64,000 bases of DNA from Candidatus Binatia bacterium (GCA_963666315.2 CAXXHG010000014.1:128001-192000), one strand, 5' to 3'. Numbered from the stretch's first letter, positions 51,852 through 62,969 are shown. The notes: generated by a model not told the origin, from the sequence alone. Program-made: numbers and translations.

Positions 51852-53570
51852 ATGCCGACCATACAACAGCTCTTAGAGAAAAAGACCGCCGAGGCTATTG
51901 CCGCAGTCAGCGGTATAACAGCGCCAGCCATCGTCACCCCGACGACCAATCCGAAATTCGGCGATTATCAAGCAAACGGGGTCATGGCTGTGGCTAAAGC
52001 GCAGAAACAGAATCCGCGCAAACTAGCCGAAGCCGTGATTGCCGCACTCAAGCCGGACGATATTCCTGCGACCTGGGACCTTGCCGGCCCCGGCTTTATC
52101 AATTTCCACCTTGATCCGCACTGGCTGGGGCAAACCATGCTCTCTACCGCGCGTGACGAACGCCTCGGCGTGGAACCCGCCGCTGATCCGGAGAGCATTG
52201 TCGTGGACTTTAGTGCCCCGAATGTGGCGAAATCCATGCACGTCGGCCATATCCGTTCAACGATCCTGGGAGACTCTCTTACCCGTATTTTGCGCTTCCT
52301 GGGCCATCGCGTGACGACGGACAATCATCTGGGTGATTGGGGTACCCAGGTTGGGATGTTGGTCGTCGGGTATCGCTCGTTTCTTGACCAAGCTGCGTAC
52401 GAGCGCGATCCCCTGTCTGAAATGGAACGGGTTTATAAAGAGGTCCAAGCAAAAACCAAGACCGACACAACACTTGCGGACAGTGCTCGCGCAGAGCTGG
52501 CCAAGCTGCAGCAAGGGGATGCAGACAATACGGCCTTGTGGAATGAATTTATGCGGGTCTCGCGTCAAGCGTTCGAGCGCATCTATGACCGCCTTGACGT
52601 CACATTCGATCATTGGCTGGGGGAAAGCTTCTATAACTCCATGCTTGCGGATGTGGTCCGGGAACTCCAAGACAAAGGCATCGCCCGACCCAGCGAAGGC
52701 GCAATCTGTATCTTTTATGATAATGACCCAGATCTCGCCGACACACCATTCCTGATCCAGAAACAAGACGGCGCATTTCTGTATGCCACCACAGATCTGG
52801 CCACGATCAAATATCGTGCGACAACCTTCCAACCGGATCGTATCGTGTATGTCACCGACAGCCGCCAACAGCTCCATTTTCGTCAGCTTTTTGCCGCTGC
52901 GCGAACCTGGGGATATGACATGGACCTGGAACATATCTGCTTCGGGACGATCCTCGGAGAAGACGGCAAGCCGATTAAAACCCGTGAAGGAGAACCGATA
53001 AAGCTGACCGCTCTACTGGACGAGGCGGAAGAACGGGCGCTGGCTGTTGTCCGAGAGAAGAACCCTGGTCTGCCACAAGAAGAGCAGGCGCATATAGCGA
53101 GAGTCGTTGCTATCGGTGCGGTCAAATATGCGGATCTGATGCAGAACCGCACTATGGACTATCGCTTTAGTTGGGATAAGCTGCTCGCCTTGGACGGCAA
53201 TACGGCCCCCTATCTGCAATATGCGTATGCCCGTATTCGTTCGATCTTCCGTAAAGGCGGTCTGACCGACCGGCAGCCCATGCCGAACATGCCGGTCCAC
53301 TTGATTGCACCCGAAGAACAAAGCCTGGCAAAATATATGCTCCGCTTTGGCGACGTACTGCTCGAAGTCGAGCGCTCGTATAAACCCAATTTGTTGGCCA
53401 ACTTCTTGTACGAACTCGCCACCCAGTTTAATCTTTTCTATCAAGCCCATCCGGTTCTTAAGGCTCCGGAGGATCGTCAGCCGACGCGGTTGTTGCTGTG
53501 TAGTCTGACCGCGCGGTATCTGAAAACCGGGCTCGAGCTACTGGGGATAGAGACGCTGGAGGCGATGTAG
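51852..53570 (+). CDS. argS: Arginyl-tRNA synthetase
   Basis: FGDYQAN, DFSAPNVAKSMHVGH, GNTAPYLQYAYARI, LEAM C-terminus. Confidence 0.97.
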   Translation: MPTIQQLLEKKTAEAIAAVSGITAPAIVTPTTNPKFGDYQANGVMAVAKAQKQNPRKLAEAVIAALKPDDIPATWDLAGPGFINFHLDPHWLGQTMLSTARDERLGVEPAADPESIVVDFSAPNVAKSMHVGHIRSTILGDSLTRILRFLGHRVTTDNHLGDWGTQVGMLVVGYRSFLDQAAYERDPLSEMERVYKEVQAKTKTDTTLADSARAELAKLQQGDADNTALWNEFMRVSRQAFERIYDRLDVTFDHWLGESFYNSMLADVVRELQDKGIARPSEGAICIFYDNDPDLADTPFLIQKQDGAFLYATTDLATIKYRATTFQPDRIVYVTDSRQQLHFRQLFAAARTWGYDMDLEHICFGTILGEDGKPIKTREGEPIKLTALLDEAEERALAVVREKNPGLPQEEQAHIARVVAIGAVKYADLMQNRTMDYRFSWDKLLALDGNTAPYLQYAYARIRSIFRKGGLTDRQPMPNMPVHLIAPEEQSLAKYMLRFGDVLLEVERSYKPNLLANFLYELATQFNLFYQAHPVLKAPEDRQPTRLLLCSLTARYLKTGLELLGIETLEAM

Positions 53571-53604
53571 ACTAAGACTGAGCCCAACAGTCAGGAGTAT
53601 CCAT

Positions 53605-54429
53605 ATGGCCGAAACACGATACACAAAAGGTCCGGTTTCTATTGCGTACGATATGCAAGGTAAGGGTCCATTCGTTATTTTCTTACATGGTATTGGCGGA
53701 AATCGTCTGAATTGGACGGACCAGCTTGCATATTTTGGGAGTCGCTTTTGTGCTGTGGCTTGGGATGCGCGTGGTTATCTCGGCAGTGACGATTCGCCTC
53801 AGACGCTGCAATTCGGCGACTTCGCGGATGACCTGCTGCGTCTCCTCGATCAGCTCAATGTCGAGCGCGCCCATCTGGTCGGACTGTCTATGGGTGGCAT
53901 GATTATTCAAGACTTCTATGGTCGTTACACTGATCGTGTCGCCACACTCGCATTAGTAGATACTTCTTCGGGCTTCGGCGCAGCATCAGAGGAAGTCAAA
54001 CAGGATTTTCTTACACGGCGCCTTGCACCACTCGAAAAAGGCTTAACCCCAGCCGACATTGCACCCGAGGTGGTCAAAGTCCTTGTCGCACCAAGTGCGG
54101 CACAGCCCGTACGCGATACGCTCATTGCGTCCATGTCCGCCCTCCGGGTTGATTCGTATAAACAGGCCTTGCATGCAATTGTCAGCACAGATTTCCGCAC
54201 AGTCTTGCCACACATTACGGTACCCACATTGGTTATTGTCGGACAGGAAGATCAGGTGACACCGCCGTCAGAGTCAGAATTTCTGGTCGAGAACATTCCC
54301 TCAGCTTCCTTGGTCACCCTCCCGGGGTCCGGGCATCTGACGAACATCGAGCAACCACAAGCGTTCAACGCAGCGCTGGGAATATTTCTGGACACACATG
54401 CTAGACTCGCGTCACAGATGTCTGGGTAA
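53605..54429 (+). CDS. Alpha/beta hydrolase (PcaD-like)
   Basis: LHGIGG, WDARGY, GLSMGG, GHLTNIEQP. Confidence 0.9.
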   Translation: MAETRYTKGPVSIAYDMQGKGPFVIFLHGIGGNRLNWTDQLAYFGSRFCAVAWDARGYLGSDDSPQTLQFGDFADDLLRLLDQLNVERAHLVGLSMGGMIIQDFYGRYTDRVATLALVDTSSGFGAASEEVKQDFLTRRLAPLEKGLTPADIAPEVVKVLVAPSAAQPVRDTLIASMSALRVDSYKQALHAIVSTDFRTVLPHITVPTLVIVGQEDQVTPPSESEFLVENIPSASLVTLPGSGHLTNIEQPQAFNAALGIFLDTHARLASQMSG

Positions 54430-54462
54430 AAGAAACGGGGCTGCCCTACCCTTTTCCGGTCT

Positions 54463-56514
54463 TCACCACGACTTATTTCGACGCGCCTGCCAGCCGTCGT
54501 CATCGTCGTCGTCGTCTTCTTCAATCAGGAAGACGGGCTTAAGGATCCGGCGCGGAATGTCCTCGAGAAACCGCGACGGTTTACTCAGGACCATGCCGGT
54601 GGCCCGATCAAATATATTGATCGGATAAGAAATGAACAGATTCTCTTTGGCCCGGGTGGCGGCAACATACATCAGGCGGCGTTCTTCTTCGAGATCGTCG
54701 TCCTCCTTGTTGTACAGCGACGGGAAGCGTCCTTCGACTGCCCAAATGATAAACACGGAATGCCACTCGAGTCCTTTTGCCGAGTGTATCGTGGACAGGG
54801 TCAATACCCCTTCTTCATCGCGATCCGTTGCCGGCACACCGTCAACGCTGGTGTTGGGCGGCTCTAAGGCCATATCCGACAGTAGTCGGTCTAAACTCCG
54901 GTAGCGCTCGGTAATAATCGAAAAATGCTCTAGATCTTTTTGTCGTTTGGGATAATCTTCTCGGTGGTTACGTTTGAGCATGGGCAGGTAATATTGCACG
55001 ATGCCATCAATCTGCTCTCGCGGCTGGAGGTCCGGATCAGAGACCGCTTGCAGCACAGCCGCAAGCTGCTGTACTTCCGTCTTGACCACCCCGCGTCCGG
55101 GGGATTCGGCCAGGCGCTGGAGCGGCTCGGTACCATCAAGGACATGGTTGAGGATTTTGTCGCTACTCTTTGGTCCCACACCTTCAAGCAGCAGCAGAAT
55201 CCGATGCCAGGAGACGGCATCCTTCGGATTGGCGATAATGCGCAGATGGGCCAGTACGTCCTTCACATGTGTTGTTTCAATAAACTTAAATCCACCCCGC
55301 TTCACAAACGGTAAATTGCATCGATTCAGCTCCAGCTCCAGATCAAACGAATGAAAGCTGGAACGGAATAACACCGCGATTTCAGTCAGCGGTACACCTT
55401 CCTCGCGCAGCTCTAAAATCTTCTGGGTGACAAAGCGTGACTGATAGCGCTCGCTGTCGGCTTCGATCAAAGTAGGCTGAACGCCCGTTTCCTTTTTCGT
55501 AAAGAGATTCTTGGTGTAACGCTCCTTGGCTTGCAGGATGATCTCGTTGGAGAGGTCGAGAATGGGCTGGGTACTGCGGTAGTTTTCTTCGAGCTTAATC
55601 ACTCTTGTACCGGGAAAAAGATCCGGGAATTCAAAAATATTCCGTACTGTCGCGCCACGAAAGCTATAGATCGACTGGGCGTCATCACCAACCGCCATCA
55701 CATTGTCGTGGGCATGGGCCAGCGAACGGATAATTTCGGCTTGGAGCCGATTGGTATCCTGATACTCGTCAACCATAATGTAGCGGTAGATGCGCGACAG
55801 CCGGTCGGCAACATCGGGATGGGCGCGTAGCAGTTCACGCAAATGTGTCAGCAGATCATCGTAATCGAGCAAACTGCGCTCTTGCTTATACTGGCGGTAC
55901 ACCTCCTCGATACGACTCAGTTCGTCGAGTTCGGAAAAGAGGTGCGGGAACTGCGCATCCAGGACCTCGGCAACGCTGGTGGTTTTATTGGCCGCCAAAC
56001 TGAGGATCTCAGCAATCGTCTGCTTGCGTGGGAAGCGACGCGCTTTCTTATCGAGGCCAAGCCGAGCACGAATGAGGTTGATCGCATCTTCGGAATCAGT
56101 ACGATCCAAAATAGTGAAGGAATTGGAAAAACCAAGCAACGCGGCGTAGCGACGCAGTACGGTGTTGGCAAAGGAATGGAAGGTTCCCCCCGTCACCTTG
56201 TCGCACCGACCGCCCATCAGGAAGCCGGCACGTTGGACCATTTCCTCAGCAGCACGGCGGGTAAAGGTCAGCAGCAGGAGCGAAGCCGGGTCTACGCCCT
56301 CTTCGATCAGACGTGCGACCCGGTAGATGAGCGTCCGCGTCTTGCCGCTGCCCGCACCGGCAAGCACCAGAACCGGCCCATCTCGCACAAGTGCAGCCTC
56401 GTACTGACTAGGATTCAACTCTTGCTTGTAGTCTATGGAAAAACGTTGCGGTCGGCTGTCCGCATCGTCTGACCGCAGCACATATTTCAACGGACGGCTC
56501 TCGTCGCGCTCCAC
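54463..56514 (-). CDS. UvrD/Rep/PcrA family helicase
   Basis: AGAGSGKT, VDEYQD, LEENYRS, STIHSAKGLEW, EERRLMYVA. Confidence 0.95.
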   Translation of the reverse strand: MERDESRPLKYVLRSDDADSRPQRFSIDYKQELNPSQYEAALVRDGPVLVLAGAGSGKTRTLIYRVARLIEEGVDPASLLLLTFTRRAAEEMVQRAGFLMGGRCDKVTGGTFHSFANTVLRRYAALLGFSNSFTILDRTDSEDAINLIRARLGLDKKARRFPRKQTIAEILSLAANKTTSVAEVLDAQFPHLFSELDELSRIEEVYRQYKQERSLLDYDDLLTHLRELLRAHPDVADRLSRIYRYIMVDEYQDTNRLQAEIIRSLAHAHDNVMAVGDDAQSIYSFRGATVRNIFEFPDLFPGTRVIKLEENYRSTQPILDLSNEIILQAKERYTKNLFTKKETGVQPTLIEADSERYQSRFVTQKILELREEGVPLTEIAVLFRSSFHSFDLELELNRCNLPFVKRGGFKFIETTHVKDVLAHLRIIANPKDAVSWHRILLLLEGVGPKSSDKILNHVLDGTEPLQRLAESPGRGVVKTEVQQLAAVLQAVSDPDLQPREQIDGIVQYYLPMLKRNHREDYPKRQKDLEHFSIITERYRSLDRLLSDMALEPPNTSVDGVPATDRDEEGVLTLSTIHSAKGLEWHSVFIIWAVEGRFPSLYNKEDDDLEEERRLMYVAATRAKENLFISYPINIFDRATGMVLSKPSRFLEDIPRRILKPVFLIEEDDDDDDDGWQARRNKSW

Positions 56515-56608
56515 ACCGCACCCCAGTGATTCGAAGATGGCCTAGCATACCGTATAAGAGGAGTGGGAGAAACGGGGAGTATGCCACCCACAAGACGGTC
56601 TGCATTTT

Positions 56609-56634
56609 GGCGTTCTCGCCAAAGCGGGAATCCA
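56609..56634 (+). repeat. Degenerate CGTC-type REP
   Basis: GGCGTTCTCGCCAAAGCGGGAATCCA resembles the CGTCATTCCCGCGAAAGCGGGAATCCA repeat family. Confidence 0.4.
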
Positions 56635-56722
56635 TATAAACCTGACAAACCTACACGTCTGGCACGTCTGGCTAGAGGGACGCTGACTGACAGCCGCCAG
56701 TCTCTCTGGTATGTAAACAGCG

Positions 56723-56965
56723 ATGACTGGGAAAACTGAGCAGATGAATTTGTGCGGGGTCAAATGCCCCCTTAACTGGGCCAAGGCCAAGGTACGGCTC
56801 GAATATCTCGAACAAGGCGCTCGGCTCGAACTGGTCATCGACGACCCCAAAGGTCGGCGTGACATTCCTCGCGCGGCAGAAGCCGAAGGCTATGCCATTA
56901 TTGACATTACTGAACCAGGCGCTGCAGACACCGTCCGGCAGTGGCGGATTGTGATTGAGAAATAA
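56723..56965 (+). CDS. TusA/SirA-like sulfur carrier
   Basis: LCGVKCPLN...LELVIDD. Confidence 0.85.
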   Translation: MTGKTEQMNLCGVKCPLNWAKAKVRLEYLEQGARLELVIDDPKGRRDIPRAAEAEGYAIIDITEPGAADTVRQWRIVIEK

Positions 56966-56966
56966 T

Positions 56967-57170
56967 ATGGCAGACGATAGTCCGAAATTCGAGCTGATCA
57001 AACTCGCGCAGTCAGTATTTCAGCATCGGCGTACCAAACATCCGTACGGCTCCAATTACGCGGTGAGCATTCGTTTGGGGCATGCTGATATTCAGGATTT
57101 TACGGCTATTGCAGACATCCTCTTAGCCGTCGAGGAGCTTGGCTACGAGATCAAGAAGAAGCCGGAATAG
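56967..57170 (+). CDS. Small hypothetical protein
   Basis: Starts 1 nt after the TusA-like stop; plausible composition. Confidence 0.6.
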   Translation: MADDSPKFELIKLAQSVFQHRRTKHPYGSNYAVSIRLGHADIQDFTAIADILLAVEELGYEIKKKPE

Positions 57171-57190
57171 CCTAAGAGGGCTTCTATCCT

Positions 57191-58468
57191 CTACTCAAAC
57201 ACCAGCTCGCCCGTAGCGAACAGTAGCCACACGAGCGCACCAAAGACATAAATCCCGGACGCGATCAGGAACACCAGACTCCACGAGCCCGTGGCATCCA
57301 GGATAAAGCCGGTCAGAGTAACCCCAACAATACCGGGAATCGTCCCGGCAGTGTTGGACAGACCGAGTAAGATCCCAGCATAGCGTGGACCAATATCCAG
57401 ATGGTTCACCGCAAAGCCGGACAAGGCAAATGAGCCAAATCCAAGGATGCAACACATATAGACGACGGCTTGAGTCGCCGAGGTCACGCCTCCGATCAGA
57501 ATGAGAAACACAGCTGGGACCAGCAGGCCAATGCTCTGCATCAGTTTCCGGACAAAAGTGAGGGACAGGCCGCGCTGCAACAGCGTATCCGCAATCCAGC
57601 CGGCGACGTTTGCCATCACAAACATGACCAGCCAGGGAAGAATGGTGTAGACGCCGACTTGGTGAATATCGACTCCGAGGGCTTGATTGAAATAGGTTGG
57701 CAGCCAGGTCAGAATGACATAAAAGCCCCAGTTTGCACAAAAATGGTTGATAATAATCGCCCAGACTGGAGCTTTTGAGAGCAGCAATTTCCACGGAATC
57801 GTTTCATTTTTTGGAATGGATGGGGCATGCGCGTGAATATAGGCTACTTCTTCTGAGCGGATCGTAGGATGTGTTTCCGGCGTATCCATCACACGAAAAT
57901 ACCAAAAACCGAACCAGACAAACCCAAGGATGCCGAACAGATAGAACACCACCTGCCAGCCCCAAGCCACGACAATGGACGGCGTTAGTAGGAGGGCGGC
58001 CACCGTCCCAAGCGAAATCCCGCTTACATTCAGGGCAATCGAACGCGCGCGCTCTTGGCTCGGTACCCAACGGGCAAAGAGGTTATAAATCGCAGGAAAG
58101 GCAACACCTTCTCCGAGGCCCATACCCACCCGAGCGAGGAAGAGCACCGTGAGGGACACTGCGGCAGCAGGTGGCGTACTAAAAGTAAAGAGCGACCATA
58201 ACAGAACACCACAACCTAAGACGATCTTTCCGCCGTAGCGGTCGGCAAGCCACCCGCCCAAGACCTGGGTGGCAAGGTAGCCGTAAAAAAAGGATGACAG
58301 CACAATACCCCGTGTAGTTTGGTCCCAGCCAAACTCTTGGGCCATGGGAATAATAGCAACCGAGATATTGACCCGGTCGATATAACAAATAAAAGTGCTA
58401 CAAAAGCACAGGCCTATCAGGGTAAAGCGCCGTGGCCAGTAGTGGCGGAGAGGCAACGTATTCACCAA
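57191..58468 (-). CDS. MFS transporter, ACS/SLC17-like family
   Basis: YIDRVNISVA, GGWLADRYGG, GLGEGVAFP, NHLDIGPRYAG. Confidence 0.92.
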   Translation of the reverse strand: MVNTLPLRHYWPRRFTLIGLCFCSTFICYIDRVNISVAIIPMAQEFGWDQTTRGIVLSSFFYGYLATQVLGGWLADRYGGKIVLGCGVLLWSLFTFSTPPAAAVSLTVLFLARVGMGLGEGVAFPAIYNLFARWVPSQERARSIALNVSGISLGTVAALLLTPSIVVAWGWQVVFYLFGILGFVWFGFWYFRVMDTPETHPTIRSEEVAYIHAHAPSIPKNETIPWKLLLSKAPVWAIIINHFCANWGFYVILTWLPTYFNQALGVDIHQVGVYTILPWLVMFVMANVAGWIADTLLQRGLSLTFVRKLMQSIGLLVPAVFLILIGGVTSATQAVVYMCCILGFGSFALSGFAVNHLDIGPRYAGILLGLSNTAGTIPGIVGVTLTGFILDATGSWSLVFLIASGIYVFGALVWLLFATGELVFE

Positions 58469-58475
58469 TGAATTC

Positions 58476-59404
58476 CTACGATCGATCTCCCTTGCAGGGA
58501 GAACTGCTTTCTGTTTTTTGAAGCCCTAGTAATTCTTGAACCAGCTTCTCGGTCAGGCGACCGGTCTCTTTCATATCTCTCTCTTTTTGAAACTGTTTTA
58601 TGGCATTACGTGTCTCTGGACCTATCAGTCCGTCGACGTCTACACCGAGAGCTTGCTGAATCTCCTCTATCTCACATATGCATAGATTTATTTCATAGCA
58701 GGACAGGGAAAACCCCGTGCTGCTTCGCTGACAATCTTTCACTGGGAGCTTCGGTTTGATCTTTATCGGGACAGTTGTCCAGCCCGTACCAGCATCAATG
58801 ATGTAAAGCGTCACGTCACTAGGCTGAACAGTGGCAGTCGCCTCGATTGTGACTTCACGATCGAAAAGCTGAGACTGTTTGATGGTCAGCACTTCCCTGG
58901 TATCTGAGATAAAGAATCGATACGGATGCTACCCTTCCCAGACGAGCAGTGATTTTTTCCTCCTATCCCTTCTTGAAATTCAATACTGCTGACTGGATTA
59001 ACGTGAATATCGTTCGATTTCCGGAGCCCACACTCTGGCAACTCTTTCGGACTCTTCTTCACGACAGCAACCTCCCGGCCCTCTTGCGGTTTATTCCGGG
59101 ACAGCTCTTGGGCTTCCTGGATCTGGCGGGGATCCATTTTCGCCAGTAATTGTCGTCGCGCCAGGGCTCCTTTTTCCGAATACTTTTCAGCCAGCGCCAT
59201 ATTTAGCCAGACATAGTCAGTGGGGAAATCCTGAGGCACCCCAGCCCCCTTGGCATACAAAACCCCGAGGCTCTCCTGTGCCTGAGCGAAGCCTTGGCCA
59301 GCGGCTTTTTGATACCAAAAAGCCGCCGTGACATGTTCCTCTTTTTTCTCAGCTCTTTGGCCGACTGCGAACTGTGCAGTAGCATTCCCCCAGTATGCGC
59401 CCTG
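58476..59404 (-). pseudogene. Fragmented Sel1-repeat plus peptidoglycan-binding-domain protein
   Basis: GNATAQFAVG...WYQKAAGQGFAQAQESLGVLYAKG (Sel1) with no start; IQQALGVDVDGLIGPETRNAIKQFQ (PG-binding) in another frame. Confidence 0.7.
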
Positions 59405-59457
59405 TTACATAATAGAAGGTCTTTGTATGTAGAGACGTAGGGAATACAGATTCTCTC

Positions 59458-59886
59458 TTGGACAACTGGCCTACGGTCTTCAGAGATTTTACCGATCGGG
59501 TCAGACACGGGCTAGAATACACACTCCGCGTCCCTGTCTTGGGAGCCCTCCCAGCGTATGATCTCTTCTTTCCGGCCCTTGGCCTTTTGACGCTACTTTT
59601 CTCTAGCCTTTCCTATAAAGAACACCCTTTTCTTTTCAGGAAATGGGACTTAGTGTCGTGGCAGACCAAGCGTCCGTGGTCCAAAGGGTTGCCTCCATTC
59701 TTTTTTGTCCGCGCCTTCCTTCCTCTCTTGATCTGGCTCTGGGATGTGATGCTCCTCTCTCCTATCCTGGGCTATGTAATCCTGTTGCTCGCCCTCCCCT
59801 TAGCGATTCTTTTTCTTCCTCGCATTTGGTATGCGTATGCATTCTGCCGCCGTATGAAGGAGCAATTCCAGGTGCCTGACTGTTAG
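59458..59886 (+). CDS. Hypothetical membrane protein, possibly a fragment
   Basis: Three hydrophobic segments; weak start. Confidence 0.4.
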   Translation: MDNWPTVFRDFTDRVRHGLEYTLRVPVLGALPAYDLFFPALGLLTLLFSSLSYKEHPFLFRKWDLVSWQTKRPWSKGLPPFFFVRAFLPLLIWLWDVMLLSPILGYVILLLALPLAILFLPRIWYAYAFCRRMKEQFQVPDC

Positions 59887-60184
59887 CGGATCCCGAGTGC
59901 GGATTTTAATATCCTTCTACGCCTCCTCCGACCGCTGAGTAAAGTGCCTGGGGTCCGCATGTTCAGCAAGCCAGGCATCGATCGGTACAAAGTGTACGCT
60001 CAGTGGCCGTGTCGTCTCAATATAGCGTTGTTGGAGGGTGGGGGGAGAAACCGGATGCAGCCGTTGCAACGCGGTCGAGGACCGTTTCCCCCGCTTCGGT
60101 CGGGGGGCTGTTGCCATGTATCCATTCTACAAATGAAAAGAATGCCAAAACGAGACGGGCAAGAAAATTCTTCCGCTACAGCTA

Positions 60185-61497
60185 TCAGACTTTTAGTTGA
60201 GCCCAGCTTCCAGTCTCCCAACTCCATACAAATGTAGCCGATTGGAGGATACGGTAGGTCACATTAGCTATCCAAATGGCAAGCAAGCCAAGGCTCCATA
60301 GGGATTGCATGCCCAAGGCGATGGGCAAGAACAGGCACCACTGCATGCAGAGAGAGATCACCATCACACCCCGACTGTGTCCTGCCCCGTAATGGGTATT
60401 CAGCAGCACAACGCCCAGAGCTTCAAAGGCCATCGTTGCTGCAGTGATTTGGAGTGGCAGCCGGGCAAGCGCAAGCGTCGCAGGGTCGCAAGAAAAGCAT
60501 GAGAAAAAAGTCGGGCATAAGGAGAGCCGGCAACGCAAGTGCGCCAACAACCAGCACTGCCATGCGCGCCACATACCAGGCCCACACACGAGCATCTTGC
60601 GCATCTCCCGCTCCGAGCGCCTGGCCGACAAATGATGCAGCAGTAAGCCCGAACGCATTCGACAGCAACAGCCACAGCAGGAGGAGATTAGATAACACAT
60701 GCCCTGCGGCGAGTTCGGCTGTCCCAATATTGCCAAGAATCCAAAAGAACGCGGTCATGCCAGCGGCAAAGAATACATGCTGGATACCTGCCGGAATAGA
60801 CAGACGCAGCAAGACCACGAGCGTTGCCCAGTCTGGCCAACGCACCAGAAAACCACCTGCCCGAGCATGGCGAAAGGCGCTCATCAGATACGCGATTGAT
60901 CCAATATAAAGGGCCGTTGTTGTTCTTATCCCCGCACCGAGCACCCCAAGGCGTGGTGCACCCAGATTGCCGAAGATCAGCACACAGTTGAGGAAGATGT
61001 TTGTCACGTTCATCACAATGATCGTACGCATATAGATCTTGGACAAATTAACGGCGTTCCAGTAGCCCCGAAAGACAAAGTTCGTGCCCATGGCAATCAA
61101 GCCCACAAGCCGAGCCTGGAGGTAGATGGTTCCCTGAGTAGCCACATCGGCATCGTGAGTAAGGAGAGGGAAGAAATCTGGAGCGAACACAATCAACGTC
61201 ACGGAAAAGGGCAACCCGAACAGCAAAACAAGCAGGAGTCCGCCGTTCAGGGGCACGGCAATCTCACTCGTCCGCCCGGCTCCGAGCCAACGCGCAGACG
61301 TTGCCTGCACCCCGGTCGCAAGACCGATAATAAATGCCGCGCTGGTGAAGGTGGTAAACTGAGCGAGGCCCACCGCTGCCAGCGCACCATCCCCTAGCGA
61401 ACCCAGCATAGCCGTGTCCACCAGATTCATAATGTTTTGGGAAATCATCCCGCCCATGATGGGCAAGGCTAAGCGTCCGGCGCCAACGGGATACCAC
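60185..61497 (-). pseudogene. MATE family efflux transporter, frameshifted
   Basis: LALPIMGGMISQN...VDTAMLG and LIFGNLGAPRLGVLGAG; frame breaks near 60488 and probably near 61470. Confidence 0.85.
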
Positions 61498-61622
61498 GTG
61501 ATTGTTTTCTGATGACCAAAGGCAGGAGTAGAGTCAAGTACTTGCGGGGGGTCAAGAATGCGGGGGACAGTAAGCCAAGGAGAGCTATTCTTTCTTTCAA
61601 AGGGGATGATGGAGACGAAACT

Positions 61623-61953
61623 AGGGCCTACAAGAAAGATGTCGTCGCTTGCGTTCGGAGTGCACTCGGCAAACGCAAGGGTATTACTGAAAAGCAAATA
61701 TTCGGCGGCCTGACTTTTATGGTCAAGGGCAACATGTGTTGTGGGGTAACGAAGAACGACGACCTTGTTCTTCGTCTCGGGCAGAGCGCAGCGAAAAAGC
61801 TCCCAAGCAAAAACATGTTCGACCGTGTGACTTCACTGGACATCCCATGAAAGGTATGGCCATGCTTGATTCGGCTGGCTACAAAACGGACAGGGCTCTG
61901 AAGAAATGGGCTAGCAGGCTTTATATTTTGCTTAGTCGTTGCCTGAGAAATAG
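61623..61953 (+). pseudogene. TfoX N-terminal domain protein, degraded
   Basis: AGG instead of ATG after a GGAGA RBS; EKQIFGGLTFMVKGNMCCGV, then a frameshift before RPCDFTGHPMKG. Confidence 0.75.
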
Positions 61954-62041
61954 GGCCAGCTGCTTCAACCGAACGCGCAACTGTAGCCATCTTAGGTAAG
62001 GAGCCATTACCGCTTCACTAGGTCGAGGAATGCCTCTGCCC

Positions 62042-62635
62042 CTATAGCAGCAAGTTCACGAGGTTCAACTTTGTAAAGATCACCCCCATAGACTCGTCCG
62101 CCTTCCCGCAAGGCTGGATCGCGAGAGTGTAAATCGTAATAGTTCGCAACTTCGTGATTCCGTAATAATTTGCAGCTTTTTTCAGCTGGGCCATACGATA
62201 GTCAATCTGTCCATGATTTTCATGGCGTTCCTAAATTTCATCATATTCGCCTCACATCTTGTAATACAGGTCTTGATCAGTATCTCGGATATCTGGAAAG
62301 ATTTTGCCAATTAACTGATTAATTTCCAGCGCACAGGAGTACATCCGAACGGCTCTCTCTGAGAACCGACTGACATTAAGAAGTCCTGCGATGATAGTAA
62401 TTGTCAGTCCGGAGATGATCTGGATGAGAGCAAGAGTTGGCTGTGAGAGTGCAATCTGAATACTGAGAATATCGATCAGTTGGTATCCAACGATACCAAC
62501 TGAGACGAGGGAAACTGTCCATAAAGATAAGTAATGGTCCTTTTCGAGTCGTAGTTGTGCTTCAAATCGGGCGCACGCTGTAACAGTCATTTTACGGTAG
62601 AGATTTTGAAGAGGAGTCTCAACTTCTGCCCGCAT
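62042..62635 (-). pseudogene. SLATT-domain (SLATT_5-like) 2TM effector with two in-frame stops
   Basis: ARFEAQLRL, two TM helices, ERAVRMYSCALEINQL, then KM*GEYDEI*ERHENHGQIDY (TGA 62252-54, TAG 62231-33); AT-richer than its neighbours; 3' limit approximate. Confidence 0.65.
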
Positions 62636-62969
62636 TCTTATATACCCTTCCCAAAACAGCGTAAAGCATATTCTAATTAAAATATTATGGAAGATGCTAC
62701 TGCAACCTTCTCTATCCTTATTCAGTGCAATCATATCGCAAAACAGCGAAATTGATAATACTCAAGCCGTTTTATCTGAATGGTGGAGCGGAGCTTTTCG
62801 TAACTGGAGAAATGCCGGCGTTTGTGGAAGAACGACGAGAGACACTTGGACACCAGCCTGCAAATGGCCGTTCTCGCTTTTACCGTCCTCCTGCTCAAAA
62901 GATTCAGAACAGTTTCTCAGCTCAGCTCCGAGGAGGGGAATTTAGCAATCTCAACAAACAGCATTTTGG

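Noticed and set aside
51852-53570. argS subtype (PNVAKxMHVGH) as a horizontal transfer
   Set aside because: The subtype is widespread and this cannot be judged without a phylogeny.
56654-56672. Short tandem CACGTCTGG x2
   Set aside because: Too short to distinguish from chance or trivial slippage.
62252-62254. TGA in the SLATT-like gene as selenocysteine
   Set aside because: A TAG follows seven codons later, there is no Cys-motif context and no SECIS-like hairpin.
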